Shown here in pieces: positions 1 to 10,633 of a DNA stretch of 64,000 nt (the first letter of the stretch is position 1; every line of letters begins with the position of its first letter). The notes beneath the pieces were generated by a model, which was not told the origin of the DNA, ran no database searches, and worked only from the letters and a program-made list of their open reading frames with translations. A program made the position numbers and the translations under genes. The DNA is from Pseudomonadota bacterium (GTDB taxonomy: Bacteria; Desulfobacterota; Desulfovibrionia; Desulfovibrionales; Desulfovibrionaceae): the NCBI GenBank assembly GCA_023403845.1, contig JAEYDL010000016.1, positions 5,315 to 69,314 on the forward strand, given 5' to 3'.

Positions 1-1376
1 TCCCATACCGGAATAAGCGCAAATACGACAACAATGGGAATAATCACGGAGGTCATGCAGATGTCCGGGTAGGATTCCTTATGCGACAGACCGCAAATGG
101 CCAGAAGCGTAATGACCGCGCCGTTGTGGGGCAAGGTATCAAGGCCGCCGGAAGCCATGGCCGCCACACGATGGAGCATGCCGGGGTCGATACCGGCCTG
201 CTGGGCAATTTCCATGAAGTGGCTTCCCATGGCCTCAAGGGCGATGGACATGCCGCCGGATGCGGAACCGGAAATACCAGCAAGGATATTCACCATGATG
301 GCTTCAGAAAAGAGGGGATGACCGCCTCCGATACCCATCAGGAAATCACGCACGGCGGCAAAACCCGGTAACGAACTCACGATATTGCCGTAACCTGTCT
401 CAGAAGCCGTATTCATGATTGCCAGCAAGGAGCCAATGGTGCCGCCGTTGATGGCGGCGACCAGATTCCGCCGAACGCGGAACTGGCGATTGGAGATTAC
501 CACGGCAAGAATAGTACCAACGATCAGAGCCACAATCAGAGCCCAGGTAGGACCAGGAACAGTTGCCGAAGCCAGGGGATATTTGGCGGCAACGGCCATC
601 ACGCTGGGATCCCAGGTCTTGAACACCTGCGTCAACACGAAGTTGAGAACCAGAACGACGAGAAGGGGCAGGAAAGCCAGTCCAGCATTAACGTCCGGGA
701 TATCATTTTCGATAGTCGGAGCCGCATGGCGCGTATCCGGACGTCCGTAACCTTCTCCGGCAGCAAGCATCTTTCTCTTATGCCATTCGAGCCACAGCAG
801 AGACAAACCATAAATCAGGATTGCACCCGTGATGCCAAAACCGGGAGCGGCATAAGCATCCGTTCCAAAATATTTGGTGGGAATAAGATTCTGAATCTGC
901 GGGCTGCCGGGAAGCGCGGTCATGGTGCAGGCAAAGGCGCCCAGCGCAATGCAGCCAGGAATGAGCCGCCGCGGCGTTCCGGATTCCATAAACAGAGAAT
1001 TGGCAAACGGATAAACAGCAAAGGCAATGACGAACATGGAAACACCGCCGTATGCCAAAAGCGTCGAAGCCAGAATGATGGCAAGAATGGCCCGGCTGGG
1101 ACCGAGCTTCAGCACGACCCATTTGGCGATGGAACGAGCCATGCCGCTGTCTTCCATAACCTTGCCAAATACGGCGCCGAGCATGAACAGGGGGAAGAAG
1201 TTCTTGACGTATGCACCGGCAGAACTCATGAAGATTTCCGAGTACATGGGCAGAACATCGTAACCCGCAGTGAGGGCGGCCAACATGGCACAGAACGGTG
1301 CAAACAGGATGACGGAAAGTCCGCGGTAGGCAATCAGCATCAACAGAACAAGAGAAATCAGAATACCAATAACCAT
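1..1376 (-). CDS. GntP-family (organic acid/gluconate:H+ symporter-like) permease; the C-terminal end runs off the window
   Basis: Absent from the ORF track because it leaves the window. Minus-strand ATG at 1376 follows SD GGAGG (complement of 1387-1391). My translation (MVIGILISLVLLMLIAYRGLSVILFAPFCAMLAALTAGYDVLPMYSEIFMSSAGAYVKNFFPLFMLGAVFGKVMEDSGMA...) is polytopic; I checked the frame at both ends but not every codon. Confidence 0.75.
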   Translation of the reverse strand, partial: MVIGILISLVLLMLIAYRGLSVILFAPFCAMLAALTAGYDVLPMYSEIFMSSAGAYVKNFFPLFMLGAVFGKVMEDSGMARSIAKWVVLKLGPSRAILAIILASTLLAYGGVSMFVIAFAVYPFANSLFMESGTPRRLIPGCIALGAFACTMTALPGSPQIQNLIPTKYFGTDAYAAPGFGITGAILIYGLSLLWLEWHKRKMLAAGEGYGRPDTRHAAPTIENDIPDVNAGLAFLPLLVVLVLNFVLTQVFKTWDPSVMAVAAKYPLASATVPGPTWALIVALIVGTILAVVISNRQFRVRRNLVAAINGGTIGSLLAIMNTASETGYGNIVSSLPGFAAVRDFLMGIGGGHPLFSEAIMVNILAGISGSASGGMSIALEAMGSHFMEIAQQAGIDPGMLHRVAAMASGGLDTLPHNGAVITLLAICGLSHKESYPDICMTSVIIPIVVVFALIPVW

Positions 1377-2140
1377 AAAAATATCCCCTCCTAAAACTAA
1401 AAACGCTTCATGCACATATTGAGGAGCCTCTTCCTCAATAACGAATTGGCCCGACGGCATTTGGGCAGCAAAAAATGCGACTCGCGCCGCATCTCGAATA
1501 TGCCGTGGATTCGCCAACAGTACGGCTTGCAAGCCGATCCAGACGTGACGCCTCCTTACGATTTTGTTGTTTCAAATCAGGGCACTCCACACAGTCCGAT
1601 GCCGTCCGTAATCTCCCCGGGCGGCATCATGGCAATCTCTTTAGCAATAACCATACCAAAATCTACATCCCTCATCGAAAAAATTTATCTTGCGTCTTCC
1701 GTCCAGTCGATATGAATATAATGAAGCATAATTGTAACAAAAAAGAACAAATAAGTTCCCCTTGCGATATATCGTTCAAGAATGTTTATGATGCTATTTT
1801 ACATCAGTAAATTGATGCAAAACAGCATCATTTGTTGCAAAATCACATCATGTACCCAGATTTTCCTTCCTGAATAATATATTGTTTTAACCTGTTTTTT
1901 TATCAACAGGACCTCTAGAATCAATCCGGGCCACCTTGCAAAAAAATATGTGCAGGATCGTGCGTCTCAACTTTGCAATTTCCAGCAGTCAAAAACTGAA
2001 ACTGATAATGAACTGTCAGCCTCCATCTCAGCCTTCTGAAACCGCCTGAAAGAGAAAGCAGGAACAATGATCTCCGTGGCTCATCTTTTCTGCCCGAGGC
2101 CAGCCCCGTTCTTCTCGACAGGCAAGACAGCGGGGATACA

Positions 2141-2191
2141 GATAATGCAGGACACGTTTATTCCCCTGAAAAGGACGTGTCCTGCATTATC
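2141..2191. repeat. Perfect 17-bp inverted repeat (GATAATGCAGGACACGT / ACGTGTCCTGCATTATC) with a 17-nt spacer
   Basis: Read directly: arms at 2141-2157 and 2175-2191 are exact reverse complements. It lies in the gap between the permease start and the cfa stop. Confidence 0.8.
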
Positions 2192-2560
2192 TGTATTCGA
2201 ATTTTTGCCACGCTGCACAACCAAACTTTCCAGCCTTCAAAGACACCCCGGAAACATGCCCACGCAAATATCATTTCTCCTGTGCAACGGATCTGACCCA
2301 GTTCCACTCATGGAAAAAGACGTTCATGGCACCCCGCGCCTGGTTCCCCATCCAGGGGAGAAGGGAGACTTGCAGCAAGTTCAACCTGGTTGGCTTCTCT
2401 GCCCATAAAAAACGAGGACATTCGGGAAATGCCCAAATGCCCTCGCAGATTCCGGACGAAACATAGCGCTCATAACGCCCGGCGAAAAAATATATTTTTA
2501 TCATGAGCGCTACAGCAACGCTCCATTGGTAAACAAAATACCTCAGCCAGACTCGGAAAG

Positions 2561-3673
2561 CTAGCGGCAGGAAACGTACCCGCCCTTCACGCCGCGCGGA
2601 CTAAGCACTATCTGCCACAACTGAATATCCCGCGCTCTAAATGCGGCGGCGCAGCTCAACAGATAATAATCATACATGCGACGGATGCGCTCAGTACAAT
2701 GGAACGTGCCATCTGCGAATCCCTGTTCAAAACGCCGGTGCCAGGCCATCAGCGTCTTATCATAGTCAGCGCCGAAGTTGTGCCAGTCTTCCAAGATATA
2801 CTGCCCCATAATGGCCTTCGTAATGCTTGTCGGGGAAGGCAAGACCCCATTGGGGAAAATATACTTGCTGATCCACGGATCAGCACCGGCCTTCTGGACG
2901 CTGCTGCCGATAGTATGCAGCAGAAACAGTCCGTCATCATCCAGCAAGCGACGCGTCGTCTCGACATAGGTCCGATAGTTCTTTCGCCCCACATGCTCGA
3001 ACATGCCGACGGAAACGATCCGGTTGAACCGGCCAGTCAATGAACGGTAGTCTTCCAGCAGCCACTCAACCTTGTGCTCCGTGTCATGTTCCCTGGCATA
3101 GGCAATCTGTTCCGTGGACACCGAAATTCCTGTGACCTTCGCCTTGTACTTATCCGCCATATAGCGGGCCAGCCCCCCCCAGCCACAGCCGATATCCAGT
3201 ACGGTCATCCCCTCACGCAGCTGCAGCTTCCGGCAAATCAGCTCCATCTTGCTGGTTTCCGCCTCATCAAGGGAAGAGGCGTCTTTCCAATAACCGCAGC
3301 TGTAGTTCATGGTCGGTCCCAGCATGCAGGCAAACATGTCGTTGCTGAAATTGTAATGCTGTTCCGCCACCATGGAGGCACGACTCACACTCTGAAGATT
3401 GAACAAAGTCTGACAGAGCGCCAGCAGATACGAAGGGAGGTTGTTCTTGAGCCTGTCTTCGAGCCGTGCCCGGATGGCCTTACAAAACATGACGTCTAGA
3501 GCAGCGCAATCCCACCAGCCTTCCATGTAGGCTTCCCCGGCGCCAAGCGTGCCCTGCCTCATCACACGGGAGTACAGATTCTCATTGTGCACCTGGATAT
3601 CCCACGGCCTGTCTCCCCCGATGCGAATATCTGCCTCCGCCAGCATAGAAGAAATAAAAGATTTAGCGTCCAT
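2561..3673 (-). CDS. cfa: Cyclopropane-fatty-acyl-phospholipid synthase
   Basis: ORF 2561-3787. The protein resembles E. coli Cfa from MDAKSFISSMLAEADIRIGGDRPWDIQVHNENLYSRVMRQGTLGAGEAYMEGWW and has the SAM motif VLDIGCGWGG. Start trimmed to the ATG at 3673. Confidence 0.9.
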   Translation of the reverse strand: MDAKSFISSMLAEADIRIGGDRPWDIQVHNENLYSRVMRQGTLGAGEAYMEGWWDCAALDVMFCKAIRARLEDRLKNNLPSYLLALCQTLFNLQSVSRASMVAEQHYNFSNDMFACMLGPTMNYSCGYWKDASSLDEAETSKMELICRKLQLREGMTVLDIGCGWGGLARYMADKYKAKVTGISVSTEQIAYAREHDTEHKVEWLLEDYRSLTGRFNRIVSVGMFEHVGRKNYRTYVETTRRLLDDDGLFLLHTIGSSVQKAGADPWISKYIFPNGVLPSPTSITKAIMGQYILEDWHNFGADYDKTLMAWHRRFEQGFADGTFHCTERIRRMYDYYLLSCAAAFRARDIQLWQIVLSPRGVKGGYVSCR

Positions 3674-5021
3674 ACATCCACCATATTCGAAATGCTTTTC
3701 GTTATGGGAAAACGACGTGCCGCATCCCCCCCAGGACGCTGGCATCATAACCCCCTTTCCCGAGACAACGCCATGAAAAGAAAGCAATTTATTATTATCG
3801 ATTAGGGAAGTTTAGACTTCCAAACGACGCGCATTTCATGCTGTTGTCTCGCGAGCTGTTTTCTCAATTATTCGCTTGTCCAGGGAAGGTCAAGAATTAC
3901 GACCTTAGAAAAAAGGGGAATCCATGCAAGGAAGGGGAAACCAAAAAATCATGCAAGCTGAAAAACTCTTTCAGCAATACACTCCAATTTATCTCTGTCG
4001 ACAATAGTCAAAAGACATATACTGAAAAACCACCCTGATGGTGAAACACCATTTCCCATCTGCTCCTGTCCTATAAATCAACGCAATCCAATCTATGCCG
4101 TTTCCGTTTTTCATACCGTTCGTCCGGTCAGATCCCATGCCTGTTTGGAATGACATGCCTTGTGAGACTGAAAACGGATGAAAATTTTTCGAATGCAGCC
4201 ACTCAGGCTTGCTCCTCTCCAAAAGGGCTCCTCTGGAGCAAGTTTTCTAAAGGACGAGGCACTCCAGAGCCCAAACGATGCTCCGGAAAAATCTGTCACG
4301 ATCCCAAGCGGATCCGAATTAGGCTCCATAAATCGTGAATAAGGCCAGTCCTCCATCTTGTCCAAAGATTACATATAGTACCAGAGGTATATTCAACTAT
4401 TCGAGCTGTCACGAAATAGAATTATAGACAAGATCTGCCTCGGCAAGCTTATAAAAATTTCAGGGGGTACACATTCCAGTTTCAGCATCGGGTGCATATC
4501 GTGTTGGTGACAAAATTTTTTCAAAATATCTTGTGATCTTAATCTCATAATATTTTCTACTATCAGAAAGCCTTCACTTTCCTCCTGGCCCATTTCCTGC
4601 ATTCGAAAAAATGTATCATACTTGCTCCCATCTATCTGTAATCAAAAAACTATCATCTTATTCCTGCATATACCCTCCTCAGACAACCGGGAAAAATTTT
4701 CCGGAAATATCAGATCGGTGCGCACCGATCAAGAATATTCACCCTCCTCCATTGGCAGATCAAAAAATATTTTTTACACAATATCATTCAACTCATTGCG
4801 CAACTGGACATAACAAGCGCTCTCATTTCCAGAGCTGTTGCCAACACATGGAAAACCATGTAGGGTCTCTGATAGTCATTGTGTTTTCCGTGGGGTGAGT
4901 GCTTTGTCCCGGAAGACGGTAATGGCCAGAATGCCGTCCCGGAATCTGTCCCGGGCGGACGTGTGGAGAAAACCGCGACGGCCAACAGTCCGTTGCCTTT
5001 CACAGTCATAAGGAGGCGTAC

Positions 5022-6206
5022 ATGAGAGACGTGGTCATCTGCAGCGCGACCCGCACTGCCATCGGAGGGTTCAACGGAACGCTCTCCCCCCTCAAGGCTT
5101 CTGACCTTGGTTCCATCGTGATCAAGGCTGCTATTGAGCAGGCCGGTATCACTCCGGATCAGGTTGAAGAAGTCGTCATGGGCAATGTATTGCAGGCCGC
5201 CTGCGGTCAGGGACCGGGACGTCAGGCTGCCCTCGGTGCCGGCGTGCCGATCACTACCCCTGCCTATACTCTGAACATCATTTGCGGTTCCGGTCTCAAG
5301 ACCGTAGCCAACGCTTCTCAGGCCATCAAGTGCGGCGATGCCGACATCATGGTCGTCGGCGGCATGGAAAGCATGACCAACGCTCCCTTTGCCCTCACAA
5401 AGGCACGCTCCGGCTATCGCATGGGCGACGGCGTTCTCGTGGACACCATGATTCGCGACTCCCTCTGGGATGTGTACAATAACTATCATATGGGCATCAC
5501 CGCCGAAAACGTGGCTGCTCAGTACAACATCAGCCGGGAAGATCAGGACGCCTTTGCTCTCGCTTCCCAGAAAAATGCGGCCAAGGCCATCGCGGAAGGC
5601 TACTTCAAGGCTGAAATCACGCCCGTGACCATCTCCAGCAAGAAGGGTGACATCATCTTCGATACGGATGAACACGTCCGCCCCAATACGACTGCAGAAG
5701 GCCTCGCCAAACTGCGTCCCGCCTTCAAGAAAGACGGCGGCACAGTTACCGCGGGCAATGCCTCCGGAATCAATGACGGCGCAGCCGCGCTGGTCGTCAT
5801 GTCCGCCGACAAGGCGAAAGAACTCGGTCTGAAGCCCATGGCCCGCATTCTCGGTCACGGCACCGGTGGCGTTGATCCTTCCATCATGGGCGTCGGTCCC
5901 ATTCCCGCCACGCAGAAGGCCATGAAGATGGCCGGAATCAGCTCCGCCGATGAATTCGACCTCATCGAAGCCAATGAAGCCTTTGCGGCTCAGTGCCTCG
6001 CCGTCGCTCGTGAACTGAAGTTCCCCGCTGACCGGGTCAACGTTTCTGGCGGCGCCATCGCTCTCGGCCATCCCGTGGGCTGCTCCGGCGCGCGTATTCT
6101 GGTCACCTTGCTGCATGGTCTGAAGCGGACCGGCGGCAAGCGCGGCCTGGCCACGCTGTGCATCGGCGGCGGCATGGGTTGCTCTCTTATCGTGGAAATG
6201 CTCTAA
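5022..6206 (+). CDS. Acetyl-CoA C-acetyltransferase (thiolase II)
   Basis: 394 aa. [22 protein letters not shown]-terminus, a C-terminal GGGMG motif, and SD AAGGAGG 6 nt upstream of the ATG. Confidence 0.95.
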   Translation: MRDVVICSATRTAIGGFNGTLSPLKASDLGSIVIKAAIEQAGITPDQVEEVVMGNVLQAACGQGPGRQAALGAGVPITTPAYTLNIICGSGLKTVANASQAIKCGDADIMVVGGMESMTNAPFALTKARSGYRMGDGVLVDTMIRDSLWDVYNNYHMGITAENVAAQYNISREDQDAFALASQKNAAKAIAEGYFKAEITPVTISSKKGDIIFDTDEHVRPNTTAEGLAKLRPAFKKDGGTVTAGNASGINDGAAALVVMSADKAKELGLKPMARILGHGTGGVDPSIMGVGPIPATQKAMKMAGISSADEFDLIEANEAFAAQCLAVARELKFPADRVNVSGGAIALGHPVGCSGARILVTLLHGLKRTGGKRGLATLCIGGGMGCSLIVEML

Positions 6207-6233
6207 TCTTCCCTGACACTGAATAAAACCAAA

Positions 6234-6266
6234 CGCCCGTCTCTCTCAGAGAGGCGGGCGTTTTTC
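6234..6266 (+). terminator. Rho-independent terminator after the thiolase gene
   Basis: CGCCCGTCTCTC-TCAG-AGAGAGGCGGGCG hairpin followed by TTTTT. Confidence 0.8.
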
Positions 6267-6431
6267 ATATTTCATTCAGCGTATGAAAACGAAAGACTTC
6301 AGTACCAGGCTGAAGCATGTCCCTGTGGTCCGTACCTCAGCGCCACGGGTCAGATCAGCTCTGACGCCGGCTGCAGGGAAACACCGGTCCTGATATCCTA
6401 TACTAACATTGTGTTATTATTTAAAATTTTA

Positions 6432-7358
6432 TTAACTTTCTACCGACGCCATTTCCGCAGGAGGTTCTGTATCAAACAGGGTTTCAATTCCTGACAACAT
6501 ACGCAATACGCATGCCTTACCTTCCCTGATGCTCTCCTCCGCTTTATGAAAATCAAGCAGACCTATATGTCCAAGTCGAGGGGCAAGAATGACGTCGGGT
6601 GGATCTCCAGCCATACGCCCTCTTGTGATTCGATCCTGTACAATATCGAAAGCTCCGGCAGCCGTCGCAAACAGGCTTGGCGGCCTTTCCAGCACAGCAT
6701 GCCTCCGGAACATCGAGGCGAATCCTTCCGTCCACGAGTCCGTCCGCTTCCCCGTATGCCGGCCCAGCACATCTCCATTCAGGTTGACGGCAATGACCAC
6801 ATCAGCACCCAAAGCCCGACAGACCGAAACCGGCACCGGATTTACCAGCCCTCCGTCAAGCAGCCAGCTATCGTTCAAAGCGACCGGAGGAAACAATCCC
6901 GGCAGGGCGATGGATGCCCAAACGGCATCCAGCACAGGACCAGTGCGCAGCCAACGTTCCCGTCCCGTACCCATCTCTGCGGCTACGGCGGCATACTGCA
7001 ACGGCAATTCCTCAATCAGAGCGTTTTCCTCCGCTACGCAATCCGCAAGAAAGGCATGCAGCTTTTTCTTGTTTACGACCCCTCTGCCGGAAAATCTGAC
7101 ATGGAAATATGAGGCCATATTCAGACGCGTCAGCCCCAGCACGCGCTCCCGCAACCGTTCAAGGTTGCCCGCGGCATAGGCGGCGCCTACAAGAGCGCCA
7201 ATGGAACTGCCGCAAATCACATCAGGCCGGATTCCCAGCGCAGCAAGCCCCTCGATGATGCCGATATGCGACCATCCCCGTGCAGAACCGCTCCCTAGCG
7301 CCAACCCGGTTTTCACGCTATTCTCCCAAGATAGAAATTCATTATGACTCCTTTGCAT
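6432..7358 (-). CDS. Patatin-like phospholipase (RssA-like)
   Basis: 308 aa. GLALGSGSARG oxyanion motif (GxGxxG) and GSSIG nucleophile motif (GxSxG). Confidence 0.85.
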   Translation of the reverse strand: MQRSHNEFLSWENSVKTGLALGSGSARGWSHIGIIEGLAALGIRPDVICGSSIGALVGAAYAAGNLERLRERVLGLTRLNMASYFHVRFSGRGVVNKKKLHAFLADCVAEENALIEELPLQYAAVAAEMGTGRERWLRTGPVLDAVWASIALPGLFPPVALNDSWLLDGGLVNPVPVSVCRALGADVVIAVNLNGDVLGRHTGKRTDSWTEGFASMFRRHAVLERPPSLFATAAGAFDIVQDRITRGRMAGDPPDVILAPRLGHIGLLDFHKAEESIREGKACVLRMLSGIETLFDTEPPAEMASVES

Positions 7359-7771
7359 GCATACGCCTGAAGTCTGCCCCTCCTGTTTCCAAATGGGCAG
7401 CCGCTGGCAAACTGCCTTCTCGGGGAAACCTCTCCAAGCAGGAAGTTTTCAACATCTTACACGTTACCGACCATGCCCGCAGTGCCCCGGACACGCTCAA
7501 AGAAATAATCCCGGAGTCCAGCCTCCCGTCCTGCCTGACACAGTACAAGAAATATCTCATTATCGCATGAATTGGGAGCAAATGATTTCTCGGCCCCTTC
7601 TGCACGCTTAAACAGTGCCAGGGCAGACTCGCCCCCCCACGTCTCAGACAGAAGCTTCCATAACATACGGATGAGTCATTCTTTTCTTGGCTGAACCTGT
7701 TGCCGCTCGACGCATGCCGGAAGACTTCAGCCATTCCCCACATAACCGATCAGAAAGGAGTCAAACAGGGC

Positions 7772-7802
7772 ATGAAAAAAGGCGGCCCGCGGAACCGCCT
7801 TT
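7772..7802 (-). terminator. Orphan rho-independent terminator on the minus strand
   Basis: Minus-strand RNA AAAGGCGG-UUCCGCGGG-CCGCCUUU followed by UUUUUU. It sits about 420 nt downstream of the zur stop with no convincing ORF between. Confidence 0.6.
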
Positions 7803-8223
7803 ACAGGGCTGGCCGCCGAACTGTCACCGGCAGCTTGCCGCCCCCCCTTCGGATGCAGTATCTATCCTCACTCACAAAATGTCCAGCCTTATCTTCATAA
7901 AATCATGTTGTTAACGGTACTCTGCCGCAAAATTGCCGCACAATGCAACCGCAACAGCATAATCCACCTTTCCAAAATATTTTTTACTTCGTATCTGTCC
8001 TATTATCAGTCTTCGGGAATAACCGGGAAGCGATCCCGGAAACAACGGCAGGAATGAGCAACAGGAACAATACATTCAAAACGCATTTTGAAGGCGTGTG
8101 CAATACAAGAAAGTTCCTACTCAATGCTCCTCTTCACAAAGGTGAAGACATACCGAACTTTCCTTAAAAACGTAAACATTGCATTCTCCGGCAGAGAAGC
8201 GGCCATATGTCAACAGTCTGCAG

Positions 8224-8592
8224 CTATTGACACTCCGGACAAACTCCAAACAGAAAAAGTTCATGGTCTTCCACCCTGAATCCAGGAAGTCCCGGATCCT
8301 GTCCCTTTAACGGGCACCCCGGCAAATCATAGACCCTGTTACATACCCGACAATGAAAATGATGATGGTGTCCCTTGGCCGTCCGCTCATACAACGTCCC
8401 AAGCAAAGGATGACGAAACTGTCTGAGCCACCCATTTCCCAGCAGCAGTTTGATATTGCGGTAGACTGTGGCCTGATTCAGCGATTCGACCATGTCTCGA
8501 CCATATTCCAGAATTTCTTCAATGGTTAACGGCCTGTCCTGCTGGCAGAAGACCTGTTCGATAGCTGTCCGTTGCGTTGTCCTGCGTTTCAT
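8224..8592 (-). CDS. zur: Fur-family metalloregulator, probably Zur
   Basis: 122 aa. Winged-helix N-terminus, then [10 protein letters not shown]...CPEC metal sites typical of the Fur family. It is divergent from znuACB, so the zinc specificity is inferred from context. Confidence 0.8.
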   Translation of the reverse strand: MKRRTTQRTAIEQVFCQQDRPLTIEEILEYGRDMVESLNQATVYRNIKLLLGNGWLRQFRHPLLGTLYERTAKGHHHHFHCRVCNRVYDLPGCPLKGQDPGLPGFRVEDHELFLFGVCPECQ

Positions 8593-8681
8593 ATTCGCCT
8601 CGCAGCTTCACTATACCCAAAGTCCTGTTCACCCGCAAAACGTTTCCTTCCGGTTGTCTCCCATGACCGAGTTGCTCTCTT

Positions 8682-8700
8682 ATTGCAAAAAGATTCGCAT
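8682..8700. promoter_or_regulatory. Candidate Zur operator (imperfect palindrome ATTGCAAAAAGATTCGCAT) next to a TTGACA hexamer (8705-8710)
   Basis: It lies in the zur/znuA divergent intergenic region. The palindrome is only imperfect and no matrix was scored. Confidence 0.25.
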
Positions 8701-8931
8701 TTTCTTGACAAGCCCAAACTGTTTCGGTAACCGCAACCGAAGCATTCTTCAATAGCTGCTGTTGCTCTGCACTTCCTTCTCTTCCGACACGCGTCGTCTT
8801 TTCAGTCCTTCGCAATGGAAAGATCCTGCAAGAGCCTGCATCTCATCCATATCAGCCGCAAGTCATTGACCGGGGCGACACCCTTTCAGCACATATTGTG
8901 CGGTCAAACCGACGAGCCCAAAGGACTCCCA

Positions 8932-9870
8932 ATGAAACGCCTTCTTGTCCTCTTCGTTCTCTGTCTGCTGACGATCGGCATCCCCTTATCCGCCAGGGCA
9001 GACAGCGCCGAACTGAAACTGCTGGCCACTACGTTTCCCATGCATCAGCTGGCCCGGCGTGTCGTGGAGGGACAAGCAGGGATTCAGCTCTCCCTCCTAC
9101 TTCCCGCTCAGGCCGGCTGTCCCCATGATTATGCTCTGACGCCTCAGGACATGCGCAAGCTGGCCGACGCCGACGTGCTGCTCGTCAACGGACTTGGTCT
9201 GGAGGAATTTCTGGGGGCGCCCATCCGCAAGGCGAATCCAAACCTGAAAATCATTGACGCCTCGCGCGGCGTGGACGGCATCCTCCCCTATGCAGCAGAC
9301 CGGGCAGATAAAGAAGGTTATCACCACGAAAGCGAGGGACGCCACACGGAAGCTAATCCGCATTTGTTCGCCAGTCCGCGCATGATGGCGCGCATGGCCG
9401 TGGCGCTGGCCGAAAAGCTGATTCCCCTGTTCCCCGAAGGAGCGGAACGCTTTCGAGCCAATGCGCAGTCCTATGCCAACGAGCTGAACTCGTTGGCCGA
9501 CAAATTTGCCGAGCTGAGCGGCAAAGTGAAAAATAATCGAATCGTAACCCAGCACGGCGTATTCGATTATCTTGCCCGAGACGCGGGCCTTGAGGTGATC
9601 GCCGTGGTACAGGCACACGCGGGGCAGGAACCCGCCGCAGCGGAAATGCTGCGTCTCATTCGGACTATTCGCACCAGACAGGCAGGTGCAATCTTTACGG
9701 AGCCGCAATATCCAGACAAAATAGGAAGAACCCTGTCCATGGAAACAGAAGTCCCGCTGGCCGTACTTGACCCTGTAGCCACGGGTCCGGAAAATGCGGC
9801 CCGCGACTACTATGTCACCACCATGCGCGGCAATCTCGCCGTACTGGAGAAGACACTTGGACTCCATTGA
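8932..9870 (+). CDS. znuA: Zinc ABC transporter substrate-binding protein
   Basis: ORF 8815-9870, trimmed to MKRLLVLFVLCLLTIGIPLSARA (signal peptide). It has a His/acidic loop (DKEGYHHESEGRHTEANPH) typical of ZnuA and cluster A-I binding proteins. Confidence 0.85.
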   Translation: MKRLLVLFVLCLLTIGIPLSARADSAELKLLATTFPMHQLARRVVEGQAGIQLSLLLPAQAGCPHDYALTPQDMRKLADADVLLVNGLGLEEFLGAPIRKANPNLKIIDASRGVDGILPYAADRADKEGYHHESEGRHTEANPHLFASPRMMARMAVALAEKLIPLFPEGAERFRANAQSYANELNSLADKFAELSGKVKNNRIVTQHGVFDYLARDAGLEVIAVVQAHAGQEPAAAEMLRLIRTIRTRQAGAIFTEPQYPDKIGRTLSMETEVPLAVLDPVATGPENAARDYYVTTMRGNLAVLEKTLGLH

Positions 9871-10633
9871 TTCTTCCCGCATTGATGCGGTGCTCTTCGA
9901 CAACGTGACCATACGGCGCGGCAGTCTCACCATTCTCGACCATGTCACAGCGCATGTGCCGCGCGGTGGCTGCACTGCGATCATCGGCCCTAATGGCGCG
10001 GGAAAAACATCCCTGCTTATGTCGCTACTTGGAGAAATGCCCCATGGCGGAACCGTCAGAATCCGTTCCGGACGGGACGGCGGCCCCTTGCGTTTGGGCT
10101 ATGTTCCCCAGCGCCTGAATATCGACCGGGGCATGCCGCTTACCGTAATCGAGTTTCTCGTCATGGGCGTCCAGCGCAAACCGCTGTGGCTGGGGGTGAC
10201 ACCTCATTTACGGGAAGAATCACTGCACCTCCTTTCGCTGGTGCATGCCGACGATCTCGGCACGCGCAGAGTCGGGGACCTGTCCGGCGGCGAACTCCAA
10301 CGCGTCCTGCTGGCGCTGGCGCTGCGGCAGGATCCGGAGTTGCTTGTCCTCGATGAGGCTTCGGCTGGAGTAGACTTCCGTGGCGAGCAACTGTTCTGCG
10401 AATTGCTGGAAGAACTTCGTGAGGAGCGAAAATTCACCCAGCTTATGGTCAGCCATGATCTCGGCATGGTCGCCCACCATGCCACGCACGTCATCTGCCT
10501 GAGCCGCCGCGTCGTGGCCGAGGGCTCCCCGGCGCAAGTGCTTACCAACGAAACGCTGATGGAGCTGTTCGGTATCCATATGGGGCTTATCAGCACAGCT
10601 TCAGACGTTCTCCATGGAGATATCCATGCCTGA
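9794..10633 (+). CDS. znuC: Zinc ABC transporter ATPase
   Basis: Walker A GPNGAGKTS, signature LSGGELQR, Walker B LLVLDEA. The start is uncertain: the ATG at 9794 overlaps znuA by 77 nt, and an in-frame TTG at 9857 is an alternative. Confidence 0.85.
   Translation: MRPATTMSPPCAAISPYWRRHLDSIDSSRIDAVLFDNVTIRRGSLTILDHVTAHVPRGGCTAIIGPNGAGKTSLLMSLLGEMPHGGTVRIRSGRDGGPLRLGYVPQRLNIDRGMPLTVIEFLVMGVQRKPLWLGVTPHLREESLHLLSLVHADDLGTRRVGDLSGGELQRVLLALALRQDPELLVLDEASAGVDFRGEQLFCELLEELREERKFTQLMVSHDLGMVAHHATHVICLSRRVVAEGSPAQVLTNETLMELFGIHMGLISTASDVLHGDIHA

Noticed and set aside
1380-1500. Sigma-54 promoter, or an upstream extension of the permease ORF
   Set aside because: TCGCAT...TTGC has the wrong spacing and lacks the GG dinucleotide. 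The frame is open upstream of 1376, but the strong SD directly before the ATG at 1376 and the GntP-like N-terminus favour 1376. The 8-bp inverted repeat ATTGAGGA/TCCTCAAT at 1418-1439 is noted but left uninterpreted.
4788-6116. 442-aa minus-strand ORF
   Set aside because: It lies antisense to the well-supported thiolase gene. The product is Gly/Ala/Asp/His-rich low-complexity sequence typical of shadow ORFs in high-GC DNA.
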